Shown: positions 1 through 13,749 of the stretch, piece by piece
Layout of the letters: the number at the start of each line of letters is the position of its first letter
Numbering within the stretch: position 1 is the stretch's first letter
Source of the DNA: Phoronis australis
Lineage: Eukaryota > Animalia > Phoronida
DNA length: 64,000 nucleotides
NCBI GenBank assembly: GCA_002633005.1
Contig: NMRA01000344.1
Coordinates: 99,008-163,007 of the forward strand
Reading direction: 5' to 3'
The notes under the pieces: model-generated
Told to the model about the DNA's origin: nothing
What the model saw: the letters and a program-made list of their open reading frames with translations, nothing else
The model's database searches: none
Made by a program: the position numbers and the translations under genes

Positions 1-2145
1 AGTATGTACAAAAAGGGTACGTACTCTACAACTTGTGGTCACAGCCAACTTCTACCATCAAAAATTCGTTAGGTAGCTGTTTATTAGTAAGTTCTTGATC
101 AAATTGAAGAAGTATCATATACTAAAGTAAAAAACTTATTACCGTGCTGATCAAGTTGTTCTAGATTATGATACATTGCATGTCTTAGCACAGTATACTG
201 AGAATTTCTTCTCTTGCAATATGATTCTTACACAAAGAAAATGACAGGTAATTACTTTTTTCAAAAACTTTATTCGTGCTATTTGCCTAGTTTTCAACAC
301 ATTCACCAGTTGGTCAAAATAGTTAAAGCAATGTTAGGCCTAGTGTTCAACTTGCAAACAGTAAAAATGGTACTGGTTGGGGGTACGTACACTACGCACA
401 GTCAATCAACTTCAAATTTTGACTAAGTTACAAGTGTATGCGATGATCTTGAGTTTTTTGCTGCCTCTACTTGTTGTTTTGTTGCAAGTTGTCTTGAGAG
501 ATAGATAACCTACCTATGCAACATCAGTTGTCACATGACATGTCTTTTAGGATGTTACTAGCCAAGAACTGTGCGGCATTTTATTTCCCACAAATTTGAT
601 AGTGTCCATTGTTTTTTTGTTTTGTCATACTGGGTGCATTTTGGAAATATCTGTATAGTTCATGAGAACAGCAGTATGCAAAAATACTTGTTGGCAATAC
701 TTTATAGCACAGAGGTTGGAGGTACGTACACTACACAGAGGTACGTACACTACATTTCAATGACTTGTCAGATTTATAAAAAGTACTCAGAATCTACTGA
801 GAGTAAAAGCTCACTTACCAAATCTATTCAAAGAGAACAAACAAATAGTACAGCATAAATGTGTATATCTGTCTGTCATTCTTTGAAAACAGGCACGTGT
901 TAAAATATAGGGGTATGTACACTACACAAATGTAACATTTCACTCAAAACAAATGCATTTGTAATTAACACCCTTTTAACCTAGCATTTTAATGGAGGAA
1001 ACTGTGTGTGACAAATGTTGCATACTTACCATTTAATATTTTTGTTTCATGGTATTTGTTCACATCGGGGTACGTACACTACATTTCCATGACATGTCAG
1101 GTTTGTAACTAAATACTAAGAATCTACTGAGAGTTAGTTGATTTACTAAATCAATTCAAAGAGAAAAAATAAAAAAACACAGCATTCATGCGCATATTTG
1201 CCATACTGAAAAAGGCACAAATTAAAATATGGGGATACGTACACTACACAAATGCTAATAGTTCTCTCAAAACAAATGTATTTGCAATAAATACCCTTTT
1301 AACCTAACATTTTAAGAAGAGAAACTGTCTATGACCAATGTTGCTCACTTACCAAGTGATATAATTTTCATGGCATTTTTAATCATGGGGGTACATACAC
1401 TACAAAAGGAGGTACGTACACTACATCACTGTTTCTGCATCACATGGTAACATAATATTGTATGGACATTTATTTTTCTTTTGTGATAATAAGCACCATG
1501 TTGTTATTTAAAAGGCAATAATTTCATTTGTAATGACCAGTTGTGTCATTGGATTTCACATGGGGGTACGTACACTACATTTTGTTAGCCTTTTTGGCCC
1601 ATTTTCACCATAGCAGAACCCAGTCAATATCCAAACTTTCGGTTTGTTTAGATATTGAATAATTTGCCGTAATGCCTAGGCTAACATATTCTACAGTAGT
1701 TCTTTTTATTACAGAGTGTGAACTTTAGTTTTTAACCCTTTTTACAGTAGCTGAGGGTTAGAAACGCTAAATTCACAAATTTCGTAACGAGTGCCTGTTT
1801 TATGATGAACCCTACCATTTCCCAATGATTAAGCACAACTTCGTCTAAGTGACTCTGAAAGTGACTCAATTTATTCCCAGTCATATCAAAGCAATTGCTT
1901 ACTTAATAAAATAGATTTCTTTTCTACTGTTGACAGTTGAAAATTGTAATTTTTAAAATGGTCACTCGTAACGCTAAAAATGCATGAAATTCATAGACAA
2001 AAAGATGCATAAATTTCTCAAACATTGTCCGATTTTGATGATTTTTTTTAATTTGCACAACTAAATAACTCTTTGCCATTTGGTAAGTAACCAAAAAAAA
2101 TTATTTTAGACTGCAACACAGTCAAATCTTGAATATGGACCTTGA
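1..2145. mobile_element. End of a probable non-autonomous DNA transposon with dispersed GGTACGTACACTACA motifs
   Basis: About 10 motif copies in 15-1580 and an internal ~330-bp duplication. Boundaries uncertain. Confidence 0.45.
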
Positions 2146-2159
2146 TTGTGATTTAGCAA

Positions 2160-2424
2160 TTAGGGGGGAGAGGGCACAGGTATAACCAGAATTTCGGCAC
2201 ATGCGCGCTCCAAGCCTAAAATTTAGGGATGCGGGAGTCTCGAATTTTAGGGTTTGCTGACCTGATTACAAAGAAAAAACGGTAAACGGGGTTTGTTCAA
2301 GGTCTATGCATTGTTTATTCGCCCCCGAGCCCCCGTGGATGAGCACCCGGACTGCCAAATGGTATCTGGTAGAATTTTAGGGGGGCCATGGCCCCCTTGC
2401 CCACCCTCTCTCAATCCGCCACTG
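2160..2424 (+). mobile_element. hAT-like MITE family A, 5' truncated
   Basis: Homologous to 45919-46095 and, reversed, to 25812-26086; ends ATCCGCCACTG. Confidence 0.7.
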
Positions 2425-2560
2425 CCACCAGACTGCACACCGATGGTGAAATACGGCTTTTCCGATGAATACGGCTTCTACCGTGATATACAGATTGGCT
2501 CTACTTTCCCGTATATCACACTTGAATACGTCACATATACAATGGCTATATTTTCATTTG

Positions 2561-2739
2561 GGTTAAATATAGATTATTACATGGCGAAGTCGTTATCCCC
2601 CGTTATCTAGAGCCCGAGTGGATTTTGGAGAATTATCGCCCGAGGGCCGTTAGCCCTGAGGGTGATAATTCTACAAAATCCACGAGGGCTCTAGATAAGG
2701 GGGATAACGACTGAGAACATGTAATAATCTATTTATACC
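2561..2739. repeat. Long fold-back hairpin at the end of a non-autonomous element, possibly spanning the gap to ~3490
   Basis: ~85-bp imperfect arms around cccgagggcCGTTAgccctgaggg; ttataccaca (2733) is inverted at tgtggtataa (3481). Confidence 0.75.
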
Positions 2740-2880
2740 ACATACTAAACGAGAAACATTGCAATGAATCGATCTACCTTTCTCGACTCGCCTCGGCTTT
2801 GTAACTACTTTCTATGTCAGAGGCCCGGGGTCGGAGGTCGTGACCTTTTAAGAAAAGCCGAGCTATTTTTGTCAAATAAT

Positions 2881-3225
2881 NNNNNNNNNNNNNNNNNNNN
2901 NNNNNNNNNNNNNNNNNNNNNNNNNNNNNNNNNNNNNNNNNNNNNNNNNNNNNNNNNNNNNNNNNNNNNNNNNNNNNNNNNNNNNNNNNNNNNNNNNNNN
3001 NNNNNNNNNNNNNNNNNNNNNNNNNNNNNNNNNNNNNNNNNNNNNNNNNNNNNNNNNNNNNNNNNNNNNNNNNNNNNNNNNNNNNNNNNNNNNNNNNNNN
3101 NNNNNNNNNNNNNNNNNNNNNNNNNNNNNNNNNNNNNNNNNNNNNNNNNNNNNNNNNNNNNNNNNNNNNNNNNNNNNNNNNNNNNNNNNNNNNNNNNNNN
3201 NNNNNNNNNNNNNNNNNNNNNNNNN
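2881..3225. other. Assembly gap
   Basis: Run of N. Confidence 1.
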
Positions 3226-3329
3226 NTATTTTTCGGAGCGTATAAGTACAGTACAATGCAGTTTGTTGAACGTGCGATTATTGCGCGTGCTCATTTAAGT
3301 ATTCTATTTTCACACTTACTGACGTCAGT

Positions 3330-3402
3330 CGCTGCGTGGTGTAGTGGTTAAAGTCGGCGACCAGCAATATTAGGGTCCCGGGTTCGACCCCGTCCTCGGT
3401 TT
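3330..3402 (+). mobile_element. tRNA-derived SINE-like head / tRNA pseudogene
   Basis: A box TGGTGTAGTGG (3337) and B box GGTTCGACCC (3381); stems do not fold into a valid tRNA. Confidence 0.6.
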
Positions 3403-3634
3403 CCCGCCAAATCGTTATCTCACTAGTGAGATAACTTTATGGGTTATTACACGGTTGTATCTGCCATTTGACGCTTTTATTGTGGTATAAACATGTTTAT
3501 CCCAGCTGTGTACTGACTACTGATGATATCGAGTGTTGTTTTTGCTATTTAAGTTTCTATTGACCATCTGGCCAAGAAGTGGCAGTTCTTTGTTCCAGAC
3601 ATGACTTAATTAGCCCCGCTTTTCTTTGACTTAC

Positions 3635-3804
3635 TCTTGATGGCATGCAGTCACACTTTCATCCAGGGTGTCAACACCACAGTCGCCAAAATGGCCGCCG
3701 ACGGCGTTCAGTTGGAAGTTCTCGGGGCACGCAACTGACGCTGGACCATAGATCTGTTGACAGGCACGTTTGACAGTGTTGCACTCTCCATTATAGCAGT
3801 GGGA
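3635..3804 (-). CDS. ADAM exon 13, cysteine-rich domain
   Basis: SHCYNGECNTVKRACQQIYGPASVACPENFQLNAVGGHFGDCG; acceptor tttccAG, donor GTAAGT. Confidence 0.9.
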
Positions 3805-6800
3805 CTGGAAAAACACCGGCACTAAAGTTGAACATGCACAAACCAAATTTATCCAACGGTGCGTAAGCAAGATATCTACCAATGTTGTCATCAAGATGTC
3901 TACTGATGTTGGTGCTGCCAATGATGCTGCTACAATTGCTGCTGTATGTGTTGGTGCTGCTTCAGCTTAAACTGCAAAACAACGACTTACATTTTCTCCT
4001 TGAAACGAGCACCTTGTTCCGTTCGGCCTGTGAAGATCAGCAGGACAGAATTCTGTTTCTCCTGTACAGTATTCGGGAGTGTCGCAGAATCCTTTTGACG
4101 CTCGACAAACTGATCCAGCTGTTATCTAAAAGAGATGATTATTCAAAGTACGACTAACCATTGACAAGGATGGGGATATAAGGGGCAAAATTATTACTAT
4201 CGGACACTCAATTCAAGAAAATAAACTTAATCTAATGATGCTACATATCTGATACTACTTTGTGAATCAAAAGTCGCTTCAACAGCTTCATTTGGTCTGT
4301 TTCATGCAATTTCAAGAATCGGATGTCAACACAACTTCTTTCAAATTAAGAAAACATTTTAATCGACTTTCTGAAGAGAGCCGTTATAAGGAACCGAACC
4401 AACCATCTTCGAAATTGCAGAGTCAAGTGTTGTCACTTTGGTAAAAGCTTCAAGAAGTGTATCCCATAAAACAACGGATAACGCCCCGCTGTACAGACAC
4501 GGGTGCATCTGGGATTTACTACATGTTTGTCGTGTGAGGAACACATTATATAGTTCTGGGAGATGTTCATTAACCCATGTCAAAATGCTTCGAAACGTTT
4601 GCTTCTGAAAGCAAGACATAAAACTTAGTGGTGTAAAACAAGGTTGTGACGCTAAACAATATTATTAGAATGTGTCATTTGTAACAGAGTACAAAGTAAT
4701 TCAATGACAAAAAAACGGTAGTTTTGTCGACCTCCGCAATGGGTTTTGTCAGCGTGGCGGAGAGCTCAACAATTCTGTTGATGACCAAAAGCATTGTTCC
4801 CGAGTGTCCAAGTTGGCGATACCGGCGAGGGATGATGATGGCATCATTGTGACGTTTGAAGTCGTGTGCTATCACCAAACGAAGAATCTTTAAAACTAAA
4901 CGCTCCCTCAATTGATGTAAAAATCATGTTCAAAGGTTATATGAATTAGCCACTGTTATTAAATAACGACTACTTTGTATTTGTTGAGCGCCATACGTTA
5001 AATAGAGGACTGACCTTGTTTAGCTTTTTAAAACCATGAACGTCAGGGCCCGGACTAAACAGTTCGTAAACGAAATCAAACTCGTGTTTTTAGCATTTTC
5101 CGGTCTACTTATTGAGTGAATTCCACATAAGTGTCAATTAGTCTGTGCTCGAGTGCATCGCTGTAAATGCTTACGAATTTCTAGTCCAGATTCGCACTTG
5201 TTGATCTCTAGATTCAAGCTGCAGACTCGAGCAAATGGTTGAGATTTTGAAGAAAAACTCGAAACTTCGATTTCAGATTCAAACCGTTAAATTTAATGCT
5301 GGTGTGCAAACTACATGTCGGTCAGTGCAATTATCCTCATTAGCCAGTACATGCATGTACTCGAGCATAAAACATAGATATTGTATTTGAGTTTCCACAA
5401 ACGTAGAATAGAAAATACCAAAGTAATTTGGAGTTCGACTTCGGTTAAAATTATTAGACAGCGTGACCTCATTTATCATTGCTTTAAATTTCATTTCCCA
5501 CAACAAGACAACACGGAATGATTTGCTTTCCGAAGCCGGCCCTTTTTTGGAATATTGGATGAATACCTTTAAAACTAACTGAACAGCTATACTCTAGATT
5601 ACTGAAACAATCACGTTAACATTTCACCGCTGCATTTCTTCTCGACAGTTGCTGTTGGTTTTTGAGAATGGAGCTATTCGGAGAATTCTCATCGCGGTGT
5701 CGCTGTTGTACTACTGGCGATTGAATTGCGGGCGTCGCTGTCGGCATGTAAACAGCTGGCGAGTTTCCAGTTAGTCAAAGTGATGTCACCGGAATGAGGG
5801 CAAAACCCGCCATATTGTTCTTGTTTTGTCCCGAGTCTTTGCTACACACGCGAAATCTTACTGGAGTATTTATGCCGAAGTTTACGCTTAAAACGTTAAC
5901 ACGATTTAAGGGATGGTAGACGGATCGTGGAATAAATGTGAATGGACGAAGAAACTTCTTATGTTGTGCGAAGCTGTGAACGGACTGAAATTGGAACCCG
6001 ACCCTGTCTAGGCCTGAATGCCGCGGGCATACAGGGGCGATAGTAGCCTGTATCGCCATAGAAAGTTTCTCATTTTAAAATACAGCAAATAAAATCAATT
6101 GAAACATGCATATGTGCACATGGAGCTATAATTAACACATACCCTGACTCTGGATACAATTTAGTCTACAAATAACTTGAACATATCCATCAAAACCTCA
6201 CGGTTCGCTTGAGTTTCTCTCACCGGGCGCTATTTTGAGGACGTTACGTCAAATCACGCCTGTTGACGACCAAAAAGTCCAAGGGACACATATCTTACAA
6301 ATTTCACTTGATATTTTCTCATGCTATTGTGCAGGTGTCACGCGCCAGGTCACGCACTTCGCTCAGTCTCACCTGACTCAGTGGTTATCGCAAGCGCGGA
6401 CAAAGTTAACAGTAATCAAAAAGTGGAGTTGGAATTCTTCGCCAAAGTCACCTGAATTCCCGTAGCTATGCTTCATCGAAGATATGCTTAGAAGCAGAAA
6501 GGATCACTGAAGAAAGTACGCGCCTTTTAGGTGATAATTTTAGGTGTAGACTGTATTTTTGATGAGATGAAAACTTAATCAGTGAGCCGATTTCGCCTAC
6601 CGCCCGTTTAAACTACACGGGACGAAATTAGTACAGAACGCGATGGAACGTATTGTAGTGCGAATCTGAATTTCATTTGCCATGCTTGTTTGACATTTTT
6701 CACACTAAAAGATTAAAAACTAGAAGTAGCCAACAGAATACACTCTGCTACCGTATCGGGCAAATGGCAAAACGACAAGCTTTTGCCCCACTTCCGGTGA

Positions 6801-9800
6801 CGTCACAGTTAAGTCTCACATAATCTCGCGTTATTGTTATAAACTCGCAAAAGGACTAGGGTTATCAAAATACGTCGTCTCGCTAAGCCTCATTATTGCT
6901 ATTGTCCCTGGTGCAAGTCTTCGACAGGTAGTCACAAATTCCTAAAAGAACTAAGGTTGCCACACGAATGGAAAATTGCGGTCAAAAGGGTCAACCAAAT
7001 GACAAGAAGTGTGTGGATGCCGGAGCCTTACTGTGTACTCTATGCATTCCCATTGAGAGACCATATAACGGTACTTGTTAAGATTTTAGCAACCAGTTTC
7101 TATCGACATCGTTCGGTGATGTTATCCCCACCAGCTACCCCCACTCAATAACGGGTTTATTCAGTGGAACAAAGTGTCTTTTCACGGAAACTCACCCGGG
7201 ACCCGGATGGTAGGCTACCAGCACATATTCACGTTGTAGGTGGGAGTGCGCCCAATGTAAGAGGTGTATGGTGCGTGACGCTCAGAAGTCAAGGGTGACT
7301 TTTTCACAGCAGTTTCTCTTCAAAACTATGCTGTGTCCGATAAAATTCTCTAGATGAGTGAGTTTCCTTATTTTATAGCGCACCCCACCCCCAGAACTAC
7401 CAGATTAGTTACCGAATTTACATGAATGAGCTATTCAGCAAATGTCGTAACATTGCATTGGAATAAAAATTGAACCTAGAATGAATTTTATTTGTTGAGA
7501 TCAGAAACACATTTAAGGTGGCATGAAAAATACACATTATTAAATCACTTTTAGCCTGTTTCACATATTTTAATTCAGATCTTAAATTAGACTTGGGTAC
7601 AAAGATTATTAGTTGATGCATATAAACATGAAGATGAAACGTCAAGACTATGTTCTGCCTTACAAAAGTAGTTTTGTCTTGTGTTTTCTTTTATAATTTG
7701 CTAATATTTCCCTGATTATTCTGTTACAGGTGAGAGAAAACGACTGAAACCAGACGCCTGACTGTCTATTTAACCTTTGGACAACGTAAAAAGCAATCCT
7801 TCAGCAATAACCTAAGACAATTGAACCTAATTCAGAAAGTCAGCCCTTGATATGCCTGATTATGGACTCCGTTACATTGGGAAAATTACAATTGTTTTTA
7901 ATCATGTTGTTTCTTTGTATGTGTGTGGTTGTTCAGTTTGCCATTTCGTTTTTAAATACACTGATACTTTTTTTTCAAACCTTGTGCATAGCAAATTCTT
8001 ATCCAGCTAGCTACAATTGAAAACTTACTTTTCTTTCATGTGGAACTCTTGTTGACAAGTTAACACCAAATTTAAAATTGTTCAAAGGCCTTCTTAAGAA
8101 AGCTCTAAAAATAATTACAAACACAGATCAAATGCAAACAAACGGAATACTTCATTTTGATCGCTGCGCATTTCTATAGGTCAACAGGAAAATGACAATT
8201 CGCAAGCGTAATCAGTAATAATTTCACCTTTATAAAGAATCAGCACGGCTGCATTGTATGGGGGTTTAAAACTGAAGAAATATTGTGGTTTCCATAATTA
8301 GTGACAAATTTGCCTGTTGATGAAAAATTTATTCGATCATCAAAGTGTAACATCAACGGACTTTCTATTGACAATAAGACAATCGATGCAGTCACTGAAT
8401 GTCATTTCCCCCAATAATGTGTACCAAATTGAAACGTTTTACCGTTAGTATAATGCCTTTCTTCTGAAAGGAAAGGTTAATGTTACTCCATGAGAAAGGA
8501 CAGGTATTTACACCAGATTCTTTTGGTTTTCATTTCACTGGGATCTAGTTTCAGTGACCTATAGACAGATTCCATAACGGAAACAGCCGAATCCTGGGGA
8601 GCGCCATATTGAGGTCACGCCATTACAGGCATGGCAGACTAAACACTGAAGTCAGTACAGTCTGTCTGTAAATTAAGCCTTCTGAGCTGGTGTGTCTGCT
8701 TGTGTTTTGTATTTGGTAGCAGATCAGCTGTTTTGAAATCATTGATAGGGGATGAAACTATAGCCAGTACAAATCGCACAATACTGCAAAGTATATGGTT
8801 AAAATTGCACTAAATCATGGGTACACCAAGTACGTATCTAAAGCATTTAGGGGTAGGTGCAGTGACAAATACCTAATTGTAGAAAAATCTGGATTTCTGG
8901 AATACCTTTTACCTAAAGACGCAGTTGTGGCAAGTAGAGGTTTTACTATTGATGACCAACTGTTTTCAAGACGAGTTAAGTTAAACACACCAGCTTTCAC
9001 CAAAGGTAAGTCACACCCGTAGTTAAAAAGATCTGACAAAAACACCACGTGTTTCCACAGTTAGAATCCATGTGGAGCGAGCAAAACGAAGACTTAGTTT
9101 TCAAAATTTTGAGTACCGTTTTCAAAATTTTGAGTACCGGTATTCCAGTGTCAAGCACAAAATCAGCGCATAACTACTTGATTGTGTGTGCTGGCCGGGA
9201 TTGTGAACCTATGTGCTGATCTGATCAGAAATCAAAAGTTGGAAGACATGGACTAACTTACAGAGTTTTTATGTTGCCCATTCCAAGTGATAGCATGCAC
9301 TGTTTCCTTTGGGGAAAGTTGGTATACAATTTGAGAAATTGCAATTTATACCAAAGGTGTACTGAGGCAAAGCATGCATGTGTCATAATATATGATTCAA
9401 ATATGGCTGGCTTGGAAAAACATTCAAAGTACTTCAAGCAATGAAGACGGTAAAGGCTTTGCAAAAGTAAATCCTCTTAGCCTCAACTTCGTCCACGAGG
9501 CGTTCAAGAAATTTCTGAAAGTAAAATGTACGCAATCGTGCAACACTTTGCTCAACAAAGCTTTCACTGTATGGCACACCTATGTCATAATAAAGTCATT
9601 GTCACGAACTTTAAAATTAGCGCACGTGAATAAACTTCGTGCTTCTGTTTTGGCCTAAAACAAATGTGATCAAAGTCATTGTCAGTTGTGTACAAAACAA
9701 GTTTTGCTTTCTTAAGTCCAGTACAAAACATGGTTGTTGATACTATTTTTTAAATGGACTGCTTGATATGGGTATCACCAGGAAAGTAATGTTGTGCAAC

Positions 9801-12800
9801 TGAACTAAGTGACTCACGAAAATAATCTTAAGAACTTAGGGAAATCATAAGAAATTCATCACAATGTTGCCATAATAGGAAATGGTTATTTGGCTCTGGG
9901 ATGTTTCTGTGAACACTGTTTCATCCTGTTTAGAACATGTGTGGGATGGATTCCAGCACATCTTTGATTCCAGGGAACAGTTCAGCCTCAATGAAGAAAG
10001 TAAACAAGTATATGAACAAACCTGGAACAGATCCATTTGAAATAATTAAAACATAAGTTAGAACAATAAACAAACATCAAATTTATGTCACATCACATAT
10101 TTAATAACACACAGACCTTGTATAATCCAATAACACGACTTTGAATAGCTCACTAGCATGCTGAACAGCTGCGCTGTTTTTGTTTTTGGCATTCTTGTAA
10201 TGGCTGACTTGGGTATGCGAAGCCTGTGGCTATAGTACGAAGTTACAAGATCTCTATCTGTAAAAAGGTCCAGTTTCGGCACGTGGCTTTTCTTCGTGCA
10301 ACCTCGTTCAGCCACACATGACTCATTGCCTATAAAAGGGCATCCTCACCAATGAGGTTGGCTTGTGTAGCAGTTTGATATAGTTCCTTTTCAAACACAA
10401 ACAATCCACTGGCACATTGTCTTAAGGTAACTTAGTACTGCGATTCACATTTCTCCAAGGCCACTGACTTGTACAGCTTGTCTATTTTGCGGCTTGGAGT
10501 GGCCTTAAAATGTCACTGAACCTGGAACAAATATTAAAATGTGAATTATTAAGTACTCCATGTTGGGTCAAAAATGCTACCCCTGTTTTGCAAAAATACC
10601 ATATGGTGACTGCTCTACAATTTCACACAAAATTAAATAATTACTATTTCAAGAAAGCAAGGGTGTATATAATAAGTATTGTATAAAACTGCCTCTTTAT
10701 TTTTCATTCATAGCCATAAGAATTCTTTAAACGTATCACTTGTCTCCAAAGTATGCAAGTTATTTGAGACAACTTTAAAGTTTTAAAAAACCTTTGTTAC
10801 CCATTTTCAAGTCTTAGATACTTTCAGCAATTTCAAACTCCAATTACAGATTCATGGCATACTTCTGGTCTAAGGCTGAGGGAACAGTTTTTCAGACATT
10901 TTTATTTTTTTCTAATTGAAGATATGAAGACTTGGGTCATTTAAAAAATGATGGATAATCTTTCTGTTGTTTAAAAGTAATTACAAATCGTAAGGCACCA
11001 TCAAAAATGCAATTTTCACAAAAAATAGTAGTTATTTGACTTTATAAACGACTTGCTACATTTCAAGGCATGAGTTAAGACTATTCAGTCATTGAGAATT
11101 CAGAAAATGTAATATATTTTTATGGGTTTACAATTGATAGCAAAACAGTTTCATGAAATAAACTCAAAGGAACTTCATGAAGGTTAAGAATTACCTCACC
11201 ATGCTCTTTTACCCAGACACTAAATTACCTGTTATTTCCACACATTCAGTTGCACCAAATTTTACACCCCAACCCTCTATGCCAACCCCTCGCTAAGGAC
11301 CTGAATAAGTAAATTAACAAAACGACTTACATACCTTTCTTTAAAAATAGATGTCCCTTTTCAAAGACTTTGTTCGATGTCTCCGATATAGAAAGTAGGC
11401 TTTGACAACAGATCTGAACTGGATGGGAAGATCTTGCTTGTTAGCTGCAGTCAACTGTTTAAAACCAATTTTTGTCCATTCAAGGACGGTGGAGAAGCGA
11501 TGAATATCTCCTCTGCGCGGTACAAGCCCTCAAACCTAAAAACCGAAGGTCACGTGAAAACAGACATGATAGATTTCCATTTCAACGTGTAATAGATTTC
11601 CGGAAGACAGGATAGGGAGTAAACAAATAGTCTAATGCCAATGAATATTTGTCACGTACTCTTTGCCATTGGGCTTGGATTGTGACCTTAACCCACTAAC
11701 CAATATCGAGTTGACAGCATAAACATTCAGCATTGATTGATATAACTGTCACTGATAAACCTGTTAAAAATCATTCCAGACATTAATAATACTGCCTTGA
11801 CATACGAAAAGATCCCGAGTGTAACGTCAAGTCTCGTAACAGACATCAAAACAAACAAAGATTAACCCAACTGGCCACCGCCGCGAAGTCGACACCGGCG
11901 AGTAGCCTACCTCAGTCAACAAGCATCAGTAAAATAAACATGGAATAATCGTTAAAGTAATCACAAACCTTACCTTTGTATAAGGTCGTGCTTACTTCCT
12001 CTCATAGAAGCCCTTTTTACGCAATCTCAGATTCAGTTGGCACGGCTGCAAGCCATTTCTCTCGAAAACGAGGCTGCTTAATCTATCCACGCGCGCCCTC
12101 TAGTTAATGTAAATTTTCCGAATAGCCCATTCCATCTGCAAATGGCTTCCCTGACGGATTGCCTGATTATTCAAGGTGAAGACTATAAACAACTCTTAAG
12201 AAACGCAGCCTGGTCTGAAGAAGTCCGAAGGGAAGTTCAAAGTCCGAACTCATGGGCGGCCCTAGGATTTTGAGTTAGGGCGGCACGCTGAAGTACTAGC
12301 CAGGATTTTGCCCGTCAGACATTCACACCCCCGAAGTGACAAATGGAATCTGGGAGAATTTTAGGGGGACATGGCCTCTTTGGCTTCCCTCTATATCCGT
12401 CTCTGGAACCTGATATATCTGCGGGATAATTCTTGTAGAAAGTTGATGCAGGAGGGTTTTAAACTAAATCAAAGACGTCTGGCAAGACTGTGGTTCCGGG
12501 GTCTTAAAGTAGCGGCAGTGCATTTATCGTCACCAATGAATTTCGTTATTTTTGTTTGGAAACGATACTTTTTGTCCACACTACGATTTTCCGCCAATGT
12601 ACATGTAAGAGCAAATTATGGCATGACGCTGTTTTACATGCAAGGATAACTTCGATGCGTCTCTGCATTGGCGACCAAAGTGTGTTTTCTGGCAATGGTC
12701 TTACAACCCTGTAGCATCAGGATCACGTAGACAAAGCCAAATGGTTCGTGCAGGTTTTATGGTTAGATAGATTGCCTTTTCGTTAATGGTTGGAGTAGGT

Positions 12801-13669
12801 GGCCCATGCACAGTCTGTAGGAACAAATTTCCACTCGCTCCGTGCAAGCCTTAAAAAAAGAAAAACATCCGAACCAGCGTGTCTGCGGACATGCAATGAC
12901 TGGTCATCACAGAGAGTGCACTAGTGGAGCATCCAACTCGTGATGTCGACAGAACTTGTGTGTGAAGTGTTCCTGGCCCTTAAGGTGAATTTCAGTGCAC
13001 AATGTCAGTTAGTTAATACCAGAAAATTTTATACGGGGATTTTACATGAAAAAGTTCGTACCACGGGTGTTTTAGGTCCCAAGCAAAGTAAGTTAGGTTG
13101 AAATAAAGTGCCTTTCAGCGTAATGCTTAAGTCTTACAGAGCAGGTGTCGAGATCGCAACACGGCCCAGTAGCACAATGGGCATTCTCCACCAATTTGCA
13201 TGTCTCAGCCTGGCAGCATTTGTTGGTACAGAACATCACCAGACCACAGTCACACTGTTCGCTATCTTCGACTAACCCATTGCCACACCTCGGACCATAC
13301 ATAATACTGTCTGGAACGTTCAGTAAGCAGATGTCTTTACCCAAACGAGCGGTGTCCAGTAAGGCCTGCACAGAACAGTCAGACCACGAAAAGGAAGTAT
13401 CCCTGTAGGAATTAAATGGAACTACGAGCGATCGTCTTGCACAGACCTTTGCTTTTAACGTAAGTTACGTTATTATATCACCTAGATTTGGAACTCAGTA
13501 GAATGTATTGGGTGGACACAGTGAGTGTATGTAATAATTAATAATAAATACTTAATTTATTAGAATATTGCAATTAAACACATAACTTGTCCATATACAT
13601 ACACATATACATACAATCATACATGCATACATACGTACATACATACATACATACATGCATTCCTCTACG

Positions 13670-13749
<80 letters not shown>

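Noticed and set aside
15-1580. CRISPR-like repeat-spacer array
   Set aside because: Eukaryotic context, 15-nt motif, spacing from 18 to >300 nt, duplicated spacers and no cas genes.
2764-3351. Long ORFs across N gaps (also 31697-32355)
   Set aside because: Artefacts of N runs and (GT)n.
3330-3402. Functional tRNA gene (also 55228-55302)
   Set aside because: A/B boxes are present but the acceptor and anticodon stems do not pair; treated as tRNA-derived repeats.
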